A DNA stretch of 64,000 nt from positions 190,088 to 254,087 of the forward strand of contig CAVUWV010000015.1 in the NCBI GenBank assembly GCA_963745075.1. Direction: 5' to 3'. A program made the translations under genes and the position numbers. The stretch comes from Candidatus Hydrogenedentota bacterium (GTDB taxonomy: Bacteria; Hydrogenedentota; Hydrogenedentia; Hydrogenedentales; SLHB01). Positions 41,428-53,014 of this stretch are shown in pieces (position 1 is the first letter of the stretch; every line of letters starts with the position of its first letter). The notes under the pieces were generated by a model. It did not search any database, was not told where the DNA came from, and saw only the letters and a program-made list of their open reading frames with translations.

Positions 41428-42057
41428 GCCGCGGGCGTGGTCTGCCCCAGGCTGGTATGTTTGGCGCCTTCAGCGCCGGAACGCATTGGAGACAGGGGAA
41501 TAACGTGCGGAAGTGAAGCACGCCGTCGCAGCACCTCCTGGAACCGCCATCGCACCAGCGTGGCGGTTTCGGAGCGCGCGCTATTCGGGCCGACGACTGT
41601 GTAGACCACGCGAACACAACGAGATAGCACGCTGTAGGCGTGCCGCAACCCTAGCCAGGGGCAAACCACGCCCGCGGCTGACGGTTCCCGTCACTTCAAA
41701 CTCCTGTTCACCACTGCAACACCCGGACCTGTAAGAGTACGGAGAACTCCGCTCATGCTACACCAAATCATCATTCATCATTCCGCATTCATCATTGCTC
41801 CTACCCCCCGTCTCGTCTCCAGTAATCCGCAATCGGCAATCGGCAATCCGCAATTAGGAACACCCCCCCTTGAATCGTCAAAAGAGAAGCGGGTGCACCC
41901 CTAACGCCACCCGCGCCAAATCGCAATCGACCCTGGGACCGCCACGCACCAGCGTGGCGCTTCGGGGCGCGCGCGTCTCGTCGGTCGCTGACTGCGCTGG
42001 ACCAGCCGCATGCATCCCCCCGAGTCCTCGCCACGCCGGTGCGTGGCGGCCCCAAGG
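41428..42057. repeat. Cluster of several REP-like palindromic repeat families and heptamer tracts
   Basis: Inverted pair 41428-41475 / 41630-41678. CGCCACGCACCAGCGTGGCG family at about 41537, 41932 and, inverted, 42029. (ATCATTC)n at 41767-41796 and (AATC[C/G]GC)n at 41824-41854. Confidence 0.75.
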
Positions 42058-42100
42058 CGGGCAAACACCAGTCATCACGTGTCATTTCGGCTGGATAGCA

Positions 42101-42535
42101 TTACCGGTTCGTATTGACGCCCAACTTACTTTCCCACTCACGGAGCGCGTTCAACACGCGTCTCAGCAGTGAATGCTCCCGGTGTTCGGGGTAACGGACG
42201 AGGCGTTCGAGTTCATCGGCGGCATCGCGGACGACGACTTGTTTGTGTGCGGCGGTCTTGGCGGTGTCGTAGTCGCGACGGGCGGTCTCGTAGCGGGTAG
42301 TGATGATGGTCTCGATGTTGGCGTCAAACTGGTCGATGAACTTGTGGACGATCCGGCGGGTGTCGCGGTGGGATTCGCTGTCGAGCACGCCCGCGTCTTG
42401 GAGCAACCTGACCTGTCGCCGGAACGTGTCGTAGTCATCGAGCACGTTGGTCACGGGACGCGGCTGGCCGGACCCCAAGCGCTTCATGAGTTCCGTAATC
42501 TTCGCGATGGTTGCGTTGATGGTTTGCCGGTCCAC
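42101..42535 (-). CDS. Hypothetical protein, 144 aa, probably helical
   Basis: GTG start with GGAGGA RBS and host-like codon usage. The upstream extension in the ORF track runs through repeats. Confidence 0.65.
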   Translation of the reverse strand: MDRQTINATIAKITELMKRLGSGQPRPVTNVLDDYDTFRRQVRLLQDAGVLDSESHRDTRRIVHKFIDQFDANIETIITTRYETARRDYDTAKTAAHKQVVVRDAADELERLVRYPEHREHSLLRRVLNALREWESKLGVNTNR

Positions 42536-42866
42536 CGGTGCGTTCCTCCCGCGCGTCAGCGTAGCAGAAACGAAGATCGCACGGGGAGCGCCAGGCTCCA
42601 GCCTGGCGTATCGTCGCGGAAGTGGACGCGAGGAACGGCAAGATGAATCGGTTCCGGGGCGAATTCGTGCGAGGCAGCGTTTCCGAAGGCGATCCCCGTG
42701 GCCGTCACATCGGCCCTCGTAGGGACAACGCGAGACCGTAGGGTTGGAACCAAGCGCACCCAGTGGGGGTGCACGGAACGGAAGAACGTGCCTTGACCCG
42801 TCTATGGCTGCTCGCACGTGGACGAACTTCAGTGCCACCCCGGCCCTTCTGGGTACGTACCAGGCT

Positions 42867-43710
42867 TTACTGCTTCTTCGGTTTGTCCTTTTTCGGACTT
42901 GTGCTGACTACGGTGCAGTTTCCGAAGATGTCTTCGTTGCAGAACGTGTTCCCCGGACCACACCCTTCACCGGTGCATGATTTGTCATTGGAGTCGTCGC
43001 CACCACCGCCTATTAAGGCAAAATGGCCTTTCACACTTTGTCGAGCAAGTATGCCCTTTTCCCGAGCATCTTTCACAGCCCTCAACAGGCGCTTGTTTCG
43101 CGGATTCTTGTCGTCAACCTTGGTCGTAAACAGGTCTTTGAGGGTATCTCCCTTCATACTACTCTTGTGGTCCTCCATATCCTTGCGCGACACGACCTGG
43201 CCACTCTGTTGGATCTGTACCCAGGGAAGGCAGAGATGGTCCGGGAGTTCGTCGAAAATGTACTTCCATAGCTGGGCTAACTGTCGCATAGGGGGATCTT
43301 TGAACTGAATTTCGAAGAAACTTTGCAGCGTTACGGCAGTGACTTCCTGGCGATCGTTTTGCAAGTCTTCATAGTTCTGAAGTTCCGACGGTACGTGCCC
43401 GTTCTTAATCTCGGTGTCGATGGCGTCGACACGGGCCTTCATATTCTGCAGGTGCTCGACCAGTCGGGGGCGTTTGTCGTGGACGATTTGCTTTAGATGC
43501 TTCGGCAGATCGTCGGGCCCCAACCGGCCAATCATGTGATCGATTGTGTCACTCAATTCGGCGTACACCCACTTGTATCGCCACTCACTGCCAGAGATGA
43601 ACCATGAAGTCTATCTTGCAGTAGGTATCGGATAGACCCGGCTTGATAGTTTCGAGTTCGGCGTCTGACACATTGTGTCCAGTCACCGTTTCCCTCACGC
43701 TGAACGCCAT
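42867..43710 (-). CDS. Unknown protein with C-terminal GGGG linker and four-Cys tail (paralog A; +1 frameshift at about 43591)
   Basis: ATG 43710 reads MAFSVRETVTGHNVSD...IDFMVHL. Removing one G from CTCTGGCAGT gives CSEWRYKWVYAELSD, colinear with paralog B. Confidence 0.8.
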
Positions 43711-43906
43711 TGCACGTTTCTCCTTTCAGTTTGGAGCCTTGGGCCGACGCGGCCACAGTCGCAAATGAAGGACCGGTTTCAGTCGAATGCCGCACGGCCG
43801 TATTGCCATAGTCGCCTCAGGAAGGTCGTACATTTATGAGATCTCACCGTCGTGTGCCCAAGCCGACGAACGGCGGTCCGCCACAACATCCTACTCCCTC
43901 GTCGTA

Positions 43907-44773
43907 TTACTTTGAGGCGCTTGCCGGCGGGGGAGGGTCGCCGTTCGCAATCGTGCAGTTGCCATTTTCGTCTTCGTTACAGAAACTGCCATCGTGGTCA
44001 ACGCATCCATTGCCATTGCTACACTGTTTGCCGTTGGAGTCGCCGTCATCAATCGGGCCGCCGCCACCCAGGACGACGAGGGCGTCTTCCCGCTTCGAAC
44101 GTCCGAGGATCTTCTTTTTTCGGCCGTGGAGAATCCCGTCGCGCAGTCGCTTGTTTCTGTGATTGAGGTGGTCGATCTTGACCGTGAAAAAGTCCTCCAG
44201 TTCGTCCTGCTTCATATACGCGATGTGGTCTTCCATGTCTTTGCGCGACACCACGTCACCGGTGCGCTGGATTTGGACCCAGGGCAGGCAGAGGCAATTC
44301 GGCAATTCGTCGAAGATCTTTCCCCACAGCTTGGCGATATCCTTCATATCGGACTGCTGGAATTGAATCTCGAAGAAGCTCTGCAAAGTCACTTCAGTGA
44401 TTTCCTTTTCGAGGTAACCTTGGTCATTCTCGTAGTTGACAAGTTCCTGGGGTGGGTGTCCATTCTTGATATCCGCGTCGACGCCGTCCACGATCTCTTT
44501 CATGTCTTCCAGAAGTTTAACGAACTTTTTACACTTTGCGTCAGGGACTTTGTGCTTCAGATGTTGCGGCAGCTTATCGTCGCCCAACCTTCCAATCATG
44601 CGACCGATTGTCTTGGACAGGTTCCCATACACCTTCTCGTAGTTCCAGTGGTGGCAAAGATGGACCATGAAGTCGATTTTCGCATACAAGTCGGACAGAC
44701 CTTGCTTCTTAATCTCGAGATCGTCGTCTGATACATTGTGTCCCGGTACGGTAGTCCTAACGCTGAACGCCAT
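43907..44773 (-). CDS. Unknown protein with C-terminal GGGG linker and four-Cys tail (paralog B)
   Basis: 288-aa ORF with AAAGGAGA RBS; full-length similarity to paralog A (VTLQSFFEIQF, IFDELP..LCLPWVQIQ, VVSRKDMEDH, RNKRL, FCNED..GNCT). Confidence 0.85.
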   Translation of the reverse strand: MAFSVRTTVPGHNVSDDDLEIKKQGLSDLYAKIDFMVHLCHHWNYEKVYGNLSKTIGRMIGRLGDDKLPQHLKHKVPDAKCKKFVKLLEDMKEIVDGVDADIKNGHPPQELVNYENDQGYLEKEITEVTLQSFFEIQFQQSDMKDIAKLWGKIFDELPNCLCLPWVQIQRTGDVVSRKDMEDHIAYMKQDELEDFFTVKIDHLNHRNKRLRDGILHGRKKKILGRSKREDALVVLGGGGPIDDGDSNGKQCSNGNGCVDHDGSFCNEDENGNCTIANGDPPPPASASK

Positions 44774-44840
44774 GGCACGTTTCTCCTTTCGGTTTGAAAC
44801 TTTCAGCAGACGCGGCCGTTCTCCACCTTGCAGTACCCGG

Positions 44841-47800
44841 TCAGGGACTTACTGTAAATACTTTTCGTAGAAATCTCAATTCTCCCCGTTCCACGTCCAT
44901 GGGAAACGTCACGGGCGTGGTTGCCGGTTCATGCGGCCCCGGAGTGTTTGAAGGGCATCGCGCAGAGAACCCACTTCCCGCAACGTCTTCCCGTCGACAC
45001 GGAGAATCCAATCTCCCGGAGCGAGAGTCAGTTGGACGAAGGCGGCCTTGTTTTCGGCATGCAAAGGGCCATTTAGCCATACGCCGTCAATCTTGTCGGC
45101 AAGATTCTCGTCTCCGGTCAGGCGCTTGGCGTTTCGCCGATTGATCTGTGCGAACCCTTCGTTCTGCGACGAGAGGAATTGCAGGAAGAAGTCGAGGGCT
45201 GCCAGGGCGTCCGCTCTAGAAAGCGAAATATCGTTTTCCTTCTCGATTGCGTCCACGAAGTTCAGTTCCACGTCGAGAAGTTCGCCCCCTTCCCGGACCT
45301 GTATCCCGGGCGGCGGCACGTGGGCGTCGTCCGCCAGATAGTCCAGAATCGTGGCCGCGGCATTTGCAGTCTCATCCACTGGCACATCGCCAATTTCCGC
45401 ACGGACATGCCCGGTCTGAGTCCAATGCCGCCGAGTGCCATCGCCATGGCACCCGCAGGCACGGCAAGTGCTTCCTGGGGATCTCGTGGCTGCCGGCACC
45501 AGTCGGCGAGTGCCCGGTAGCCCGCAGCAGCCTGCTCCCGCGTCGTGATATGAATGGTTCGGCACGGCTCTCGGTCTTGTTTCTGCGAAAGGGTTGTTCG
45601 CTGCCCGCGTACGACCTGCAGCATGGCCGCCAAGGTGCTGGTCGTGCCAGACGATTCCCAGGGGACGGCAGGCCAACGTAGAACGTTCCAGGGGTCCGGC
45701 CGTTCGTTCACGGTATAGAGACTGTGATTCCGCGCGTCTACATCAACGTACATCGCGCGGCCCCCGTGGGTGGGCAACGTGGCGAGGAGTTCGCCCGAAT
45801 CGTCATCCCACACGCGAACGGTACTGTCCCATCCGCGGTGAAGACGCGCTGCCCATCCGCACTGAATTTCGCCGTGGATGTGGTGCCCTGATATCCGCTG
45901 AGGGTCCGGAGTTTTCCCTGGGTGGCCACGTCCCATAACGTTGGTTCGGAGTTGTATCCCATCACCAAGAGCTGCGTACCGTCAGGCGAAAACGCCAGAT
46001 CGATTACTTCGTTTGGCTGCTGCACGCGGCACCGCAAGTCGAAGGTGTCCCAATTCCATATGAGAACCTCTCCATCCATTGTGCCCGCCGCGAGGAGTCG
46101 CCCGTCCGGGCTGAAAGCGAGCGCCGTTATGGTGTCTTGCGCGCCGTCGACCGTGCGAAGGAGGGCGCCGCTTTGTGCGTCCGCTAGGACGACTTTTTGT
46201 TCCCATCCGCCCGTTGCGATGACGTCTTCGGCTGGATGAAACGCCGCGTCATAGATGCGGCCGTCATTCTGGCGTATCACGGCCCTAACGCCGCCAGTGC
46301 TGGTGTCCACCACGACGGGTGAGAACGCATCCATAACGACGGCGAGCAGCGTGCCATTCTGGTTGTAGGCCAGCGCGTCTCCGCGCTCCGCGCTGCGCAT
46401 TGACCATTGCATGAGCGGGGTCTGTTCTCCGGGCCGTTCGATTCTGACTACTCCATTCCCGTCGATGACGGCCAGTTCATCTGTTCCCTGCCGACGCGCA
46501 GCGGAAACGGCCGTCACCGAGTAGGGGAGAGCGGGTCGGTATCGTCCCGGTTGGGTGGCGTCCCAGATTGCGCGGTGCCATCGGTGGAACTGGTAAGGAC
46601 GTAACGGTTATCCGGGCTGAACACCGCCCGTGCAATAGTGCCGCCGTGGCCGGCCGGTGCAACCAACGGCTTTCGCGTTGCGCGATCCCATACCTGCATT
46701 CGTCCGTTCGCAGCAAACGCGAGAACTAGGGAGGAATCGGGACTGACCTCCGCATATTTCACCGGGGCGCCCAAGTCGAAGACGGCAATCGTTTGGCCGC
46801 TCGCGCGATCCCATAGACGTGCCGTGCGATCGTCGGAACAGGTCAGCACCGCGTTTCCATTCGGGGAGAAGCGGGCATGGTTCACGCGTGCCGCATGCCC
46901 CGTGAGCGTACGTTGCACTTCTCCACCAGGAACGCCGACCAACGCGGCCTCGTTACCGCGGACGAACGCCACGGTGGATCCGTCCGGCGAAAACTGTGGC
47001 CGTTGACCGTCAAATTCGGCAATCTTCACACCATCCGTGAGGCGCCACAACGCGACGTGCTCGTCTGTGGTGCCGCTCGCCGCGTACGTGCCATTGGGTC
47101 CCGGAATTGTTGTGAGAAGGGCCACGGGACGGCCGTGCATGCGTTGCACGATCTGACCGCTGGAGACATCCTGGAGCAGGTTTTCTCCGTGGGTACTTCC
47201 GGATAGCACCTGCGAGCCGGATGCAGTGAACTCCGCGCAGTTCACCGGCGCGGAATGCCCCTTCAGCGCAGTCCGTTCCGTGCCCTGAGTCAGGTCAATC
47301 ACACGAACGGTCTGGTCGGTCAGCGCAACGGCTGCCCGCATGCCCGTCTTGTCCTGGCGGACCATTCGCACCGTTCCCGCGGGATAGTCCCAAGTGAAGC
47401 GAAGATCGCCGGATTGCGCGTCCCAGAGCTGGACGTGGCCGTCCGTCCCAACTGTCAGGATCGATTCTCCGCGGGGCGTAAACTGTGCGTCGAACAGAGG
47501 AGTGTCCGACGCTTTCAGGGTCAGCCGATCCTGGGCGCATGCTGCGGCGAGGAGTCCCCATTCCCAGTTGCGCAAGTGGGGTGTCGCGGTCTCCAGGACG
47601 TTGCGGGCGCTGCCGAAATTGTAATCGTCGATTTGTTGTTCGGCGAGACGAACCTGCGCGCGATAGGCTTCGCGCTGCGCGATGTCACGCGCTTTGATCG
47701 CGTTGTCTCGGGCGATGCGAATGGACACGTAGGAATAGATGCCGCCGATGATGAGAATACACAGAGCGGCTGCGGCGAGATTGATCAGCGCCCGGTGTTT

Positions 47801-49162
47801 AGCATAGTACCTGCGGAGTATTTCTCCGAGGTTATATTTATAACTCCGAACGAGGGCGCCGGCTCGAAACCGGTCGATTTCTTCAGCAAGCTCCTTGGGC
47901 GACTCATAACGCGTTTTCGGATCTTTGTGCATGGCTTTGGCACAAATGACGGCCAGTTCCGGCGGAACTTCCGATTCGATCGATCGGATGTCGGGTGGCT
48001 CTCCGTAAATCACAGCGTTGATGATTTCGCGCAGGTTTCTGCCGCGGAAGGGGATCGTGCCGGTGAGTAGCTCGTAGAGCATGACACCCAAGGAATACAC
48101 ATCCGACCGCTCGTCAATTTGATCGGGCAACCCTTTCGCCTGTTCGGGCGCCATATACTGTGGGGTTCCAATTACAGCGCCATATGCAGTCGGCGGTATA
48201 TCCTCCGCGCCTTCGGCTACTCGTTTCGACGTCTCGGCGATGTCTCGTCTGTAGATGTCCTCTTCTTTCTTGACCTTGGCTATTCCCCAGTCCAGCACCA
48301 CGGTTTCACCAAACGCGCCTATCATCACGTTGGACGGTTTGATATCGCGATGGATGACACCCCGGTCGTGTGCGTAAGCGATGGCTTGGCATAGATCCAC
48401 GAAATGGGGCAGTAGCCGCAGACGTTGTTCCAGCGTTTTGCATCCGGCCAGGGCGCGGGCGAAGGTCTGTCCGCGCACAAGTTTCATCGTGTAGTACAGC
48501 GTTCCGTCCCGGCGCTGACCGATTTCGTACACGGGGACGATCGAGGGATGCTCCAACTGCGCGGTGATTCGTCCTTCCAGAAGGAATCGGGCCGCCATCG
48601 CCGCCACGGCGCGGGCCGGGCTTTCTTCGGTGGTGTTGGTGCTGTCGGAAGGCGGCAGCAGTTCTTTGAACGCCACATCGCGCCCCATGTTGGTGTCGTG
48701 CACGAGAAGTACGCGGCCCATGCCGCCTTTCCCGTGTTCCGAGATTTGTGTATACCGGCCCGGGGTTTCGGTCAGCGGTGTGAGCCGGCTCGTTCCCGTC
48801 ACGAGATAGGGATGGCCCACCATGGGAGCCGTTTCGGCTTCCGCTACCGCAGTACTGACGGTATCGTCTGTGGGACTATACGGGACTTCGCCGGCGAAGA
48901 TAGCGTCAAGCTGTGCCTTGCCGCCGAGCGCCTCCAGCACGGCGATTGGATTCCCGTCGCACGCCCGAATCGCTTCGTCGGCGAGTCGTTCGAGAAGCCG
49001 GAAATCATCGTCGCTGAGAAGGTTTCGTCGTAGGAGACGTTGGCCGATGGACTGGCGAGGGTCCTGTTGCCAGGCACGTCCGATCTCCTGCATGAGATCG
49101 ACCGGGATTCCCTTGAGTTGGGCGGCGAGTATTGAAAGAATCAGTTCGCGGTATTGATCCAT
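44841..49162 (-). CDS. Membrane Ser/Thr protein kinase with WD40 repeats and a PDZ-like C-terminus (about four frameshifts; pseudogene or assembly errors)
   Basis: GKGGMGRV, HRDIKPSN, DWG, GTPQYMAPE, a transmembrane helix, RNWEW, many GH...FSPDG...WD repeats, and GDWILRVDG. Frames switch near 46570, 45832, 45393 and 44935. Confidence 0.82.
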
Positions 49163-49652
49163 GTGCCTGCCTTACAGCGACGGGGCTGCAGTGTCTCTCT
49201 ACAGGATGTGGTGCCGTTCACCACGGAACTGGCTTTGTCTTCGTCACCGAGATACGGAAGCGTTGGGATCCGCGTAGTGTTTCCGTGCGGCGTGACTCCA
49301 CCCCTTGAAACCAATTCGGACGCCGTACGATCGGCCGCCCGTTCCGTGGATTCCGAGTACTACCCGTTTCTTTACCTACCGATCCTTCCCCGGTAGTGTG
49401 CATGAGGCACCGCACGAGTAGCAAGAGGATATTGGGCTTGCCCTTGGCCCCCGAACTTGGTTGGAAATTGCCCGCAAAATAATGATCGAAGGCAGCGGCC
49501 TGTCGTCAGCAATCCGACCCGGTGGGTTTCTTTTTGCAGTGGGCGGCTGTGAGGGGTAGCCAAGACGAAGGACGTTCGCTCCTGAAGAAGAAAGGAGCAC
49601 GGGCGGGCTGCCCGTGCTCCTGGCATCACCGATTGTTTTCGCGCGTTATGTG

Positions 49653-51030
49653 CTACGCGTTCAGCACCCAGCCGTCGCGATAGGTGCGGCGCAGGAGCGC
49701 ATTGGCGTCTTCGTTGTTCGTGATGCGGCCGGCGGCGCCGTCGTATTCGATCTTGGCGCCGTGACGGTACGCGACGAGGCCGAGAATGAGTTGCTCCATC
49801 ATATTGCCGCTGTACTCGAAGTCGCACGAACGTCTTCAGGTCGGTTTTGCAGGCGTTAATCCATTCCTGCTGGAAGTTGCCCAGCGGCGGAATCAATTTG
49901 TCCTTGGGTCGCGGCGTGTAATAGGTCATATCGGCCTTGTCGCCGAAGGGAAGCAAGACGCGCGTACTGAATCCCGCGATGAGGTGGCCCCTTGTGCCGC
50001 GGAACATGACGCCATGGTCGATTTTGTCCAGGTCGATATAGTCTTCCGGCGGTTCCGGCATATCGCCGCCCTGGTACCAATGGACCGGGATGGCGGGCCG
50101 CCAGTCGTTGGCAGGATGTTCGAAGGTGGACGTCATGCGGACCGGTGTGACTTCGGGATTATACGGCTCGCCGGTGCTGACGGCCGACACCGGCAGTGTC
50201 GCGTCGATAGCGTTCCACGCGAGATCCATGGTGTGGCTGCCCATATCGCCGACCTGGCCGCAGCCGAAGTCCCAGTACATGTTCCAGCTCAGGCAATTCG
50301 AGCCGGGGTCTCTGGAAAAGTACTGCGGACTGTACGGGTGGAACGGGGTGGGGCCGATCCACAGATCGTAGTGCAGCGTTTTGGGCGGCTCGCCTTGTGC
50401 TGGCGGGTAGCCCGGCCTCGGGATCTGGCGATTGCCCCACGCGCTGACCTCCTGCAACTCGCCGATGGCGCCGTCCCGGATGAGTTCGCGGACGCGATTG
50501 AAATTCTCGTGGGCATGGCGCTGCGTGCCCTGCTGGGTTGCCAGCTTGTTTTTGTCCTTCAGATAGGTCTCCCGGACCATTCGCGCTTCTTCCACGCTGA
50601 TGCCGAGGGGCTTTTCGCAATAGACGTGATATCCGCGGTTCATCGCCCACGTCGCGACGAAGGCGTGGGTCTGATCCGTCGTGCAGCAGACGACGGCGTC
50701 AATATCTTTTTGTTCGAGACATTTCCGCCAATCCACGTAGCACTTCGCGTCCGGAAAGACTTTGTTGGCGAAGGCCAGATGATTCTCGTCCACGTCGCAC
50801 AACGCGACGACATTCTCACCCGCCAAGGCCTCGTAGTGCGCCCGCGCGCGACCATCGGCTCCGACCAACGCGATGTTCAGTTTGTTGCTGGGGGCATTGG
50901 GACCGGCCAGCGCGCCGCTCGGCAAGATCAGCAGTCCGGCGCCGACGGCACCCGCCTTAATAAAATCCCGCCGCCCAAGTTGAGCGGGTTTCGTTGTCTT
51001 GCCGGAAGCGTTTTGGTGTGGAGTTTTCAT
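49653..51030 (-). CDS. Tat-exported Gfo/Idh/MocA oxidoreductase (frameshift near 49830)
   Basis: [28 protein letters not shown]. The corrected C-terminus ...[17 protein letters not shown] ends at 49653. Confidence 0.88.
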
Positions 51031-51168
51031 GCGTGCCAGTTCCTTGTCGGGTAGATCACGTCGCCTGGCATGGGGAAGAAGCCCGAATCCGTTCCCCGCG
51101 TTCATCGTAAAGGCGATTCGCCTATTGAATCATAGTCCCGTCCCTGAGGCAAGGAACGGGTGAATAAC

Positions 51169-51312
51169 GTAGGACGGGAATGGTTCCCGTCCAGGGTATT
51201 CTGAGGCATTGTCCGGTTTGGCTAGCCCGTATGTTCGGGACAAAGTGTGGGAATGTTGCGAGCATAGAGGGGGGCAGAGAATGGGACTGAACGGGAATCA
51301 TTCCCGTCCTAC
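51169..51312. repeat. GTAG-foot REP doublet
   Basis: GTAGGACGGGAATGGTTCCCGTCC (51169-51192) and inverted GAACGGGAATCATTCCCGTCCTAC (51289-51312). Confidence 0.7.
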
Positions 51313-51394
51313 ATGCAGCGTTCTTCATTGAGTCGGGATGATGGATGCCTACGGGTTCGATTCGGTCGCGGCTGCGCAGAAGTAGGCAAACCGC

Positions 51395-52099
51395 CTAGCG
51401 CAGTTCCTTGACCTTGAGGTTGCGGAACTCGATCCGGTAGCCCTCACCTTCGACTCCGATCAGGCCCTTCGGATTGCCGCAGTCGTTGACTTCGCACGTC
51501 ACGGCACCGTTGACCCACAAGGTCAAAACGTTGCCGCGCGCCGTGATTTCGAGCGTGTTCCATTCACCCGCGGGTTTAATGCGGCCGTCCTTCACTTCCG
51601 TCGCGGTGGAGAAAGACTTCTTTTCCCCATCCGCGCCCGGCGTTTGGCCGAAGAGATACCCGCCGTTGCCGTCGCCGAACTGGGCCTGGTGCCAGATGGA
51701 GCCATCCTTGTTGTTGCGCACGTAGGCGCCGCTGTTGTAGCCGGTCTTTCCTTCTACCTTGGTGTAACGGAACTCGAAGTGAAACACGGCGTCGCCGAAC
51801 TCGCGATCGCACAACAGCATGTCGTGTCCGCCGTCGCCCTCGCAGACCAACACCTTGCCGGACTCGGCCACGTGCCACTGCTCCTTGCCGAGCGGGTCAC
51901 CGGGCGGCACCGGAACACGCGACCAGCCCTCCAGGTCGGCGGACGGCATTATATCCACCCAACCCGACGGATCGGTCTCCATTGCGCTCGGCGTCGGCTC
52001 CGCGGCCGCCCGACTACCCGCCGCCACGAAGGTCAGCAGTAATCCTGCAACGGCACACCGGACAAACCCGCGATTCATTGTGCTTGGTAACGTAATCAT
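51395..52099 (-). CDS. DUF1080 domain protein, secreted
   Basis: DLEGW, FHFEFR, YNSGAYVR, PAGEWNTLEI, LWVNG, IEFRNLKVKEL. Confidence 0.88.
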   Translation of the reverse strand: MITLPSTMNRGFVRCAVAGLLLTFVAAGSRAAAEPTPSAMETDPSGWVDIMPSADLEGWSRVPVPPGDPLGKEQWHVAESGKVLVCEGDGGHDMLLCDREFGDAVFHFEFRYTKVEGKTGYNSGAYVRNNKDGSIWHQAQFGDGNGGYLFGQTPGADGEKKSFSTATEVKDGRIKPAGEWNTLEITARGNVLTLWVNGAVTCEVNDCGNPKGLIGVEGEGYRIEFRNLKVKELR

Positions 52100-52243
52100 G
52101 GCAGCAGGTTAGCCCGGCACGGGCGGTAATGTCAATGCACGGTTGATATTCTTGGAGTCTTCCCGAAGTTGACGCCTGAATCCCCAGTGTCGACGAATTC
52201 ACGGGAACCTGGATGCGGAATCGAACACATCCGGTTGGCTGTT

Positions 52244-52495
52244 CTATTTGACGATAGGTTCTTCGCTGACGGGGGTAACCTGGCATTCGCAGCGTTTGAA
52301 CCCGGGCAGAAGGAACTGGTTGAGGGCTTTGGCGTCTTTCGCTTCCACCACGTAGTAAATGACGTGTTCGGCAAAGGCGCCATACCTGGCGAGGAGTTTG
52401 ACGCCTTCTGCGTCAGGATTGTAAAGGGTCTTCGATCCACCTTCGTCCTTCGGACACGATTCGGGAGCGTGGGTTTGTGTGATAAGAAACAGCAT
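52244..52495 (-). CDS. Small hypothetical protein (DUF3303/GYD-like dimeric alpha-beta barrel)
   Basis: AGGAG RBS; MLFLITQTHAPESCP...HVIYYVVEA...VTPV pattern. Confidence 0.65.
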   Translation of the reverse strand: MLFLITQTHAPESCPKDEGGSKTLYNPDAEGVKLLARYGAFAEHVIYYVVEAKDAKALNQFLLPGFKRCECQVTPVSEEPIVK

Positions 52496-53014
52496 GGTTC
52501 GTCTCCTTTGTCTGGCTCGGTTTCCTCGCCAAGATACGAGGTGAGCGATCGGGAACAGCGACGCGGAGTATAGCACGGCCTTATGGTAGGCAATACAACG
52601 CCGCCGGTCTCCCAAATCATCCAATCTTCACGCGTTCATTGGAGATTTCACGAATGGCGGCTTATCCTGAAATTCCGGTGAGCGGCGTGGGGGTAATTGG
52701 GTGTAAGACGTTTAATTCTAGCCATTTAAACTATCCCCTATTTGCTCATTTCGCCAATCTCGTGTACAATCAACTTTGGTATGCTTTTGGAGCCCGGGGA
52801 GCGGGCCGGAGCCAGTATCCGGAAGCATCGTATTGTTTGCCGAGAGGCAAAGAAGGGCAATATCCAGTACCTGGAAGTGGCGTAACGGAGTCGGTCGGGG
52901 AGGTCTCAAATCTGCTCGATTGGGGACGGGGACGCTTCGTTATGTAGTCGTGGGAACCGTGCGATCCGTAAGTGCAGTTTGACAGGCAGTGATGCTTGGA
53001 TCGACGGAGGTGTT

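Noticed and set aside
41380..42060. Possible CRISPR array in the repeat-rich segment
   Set aside because: Repeats belong to different families, are often inverted and are irregularly spaced; no constant repeat-spacer period and no cas genes.
42536..42838. N-terminal 100 aa of the 245-aa ORF 42101-42838
   Set aside because: Runs through palindromic repeats; a clear RBS and GTG at 42535 give a better start.
49372..49652. Extended C-terminus of the 577-aa ORF
   Set aside because: Out-of-frame read-through after the frameshift near 49830; the family-typical end is at 49653.
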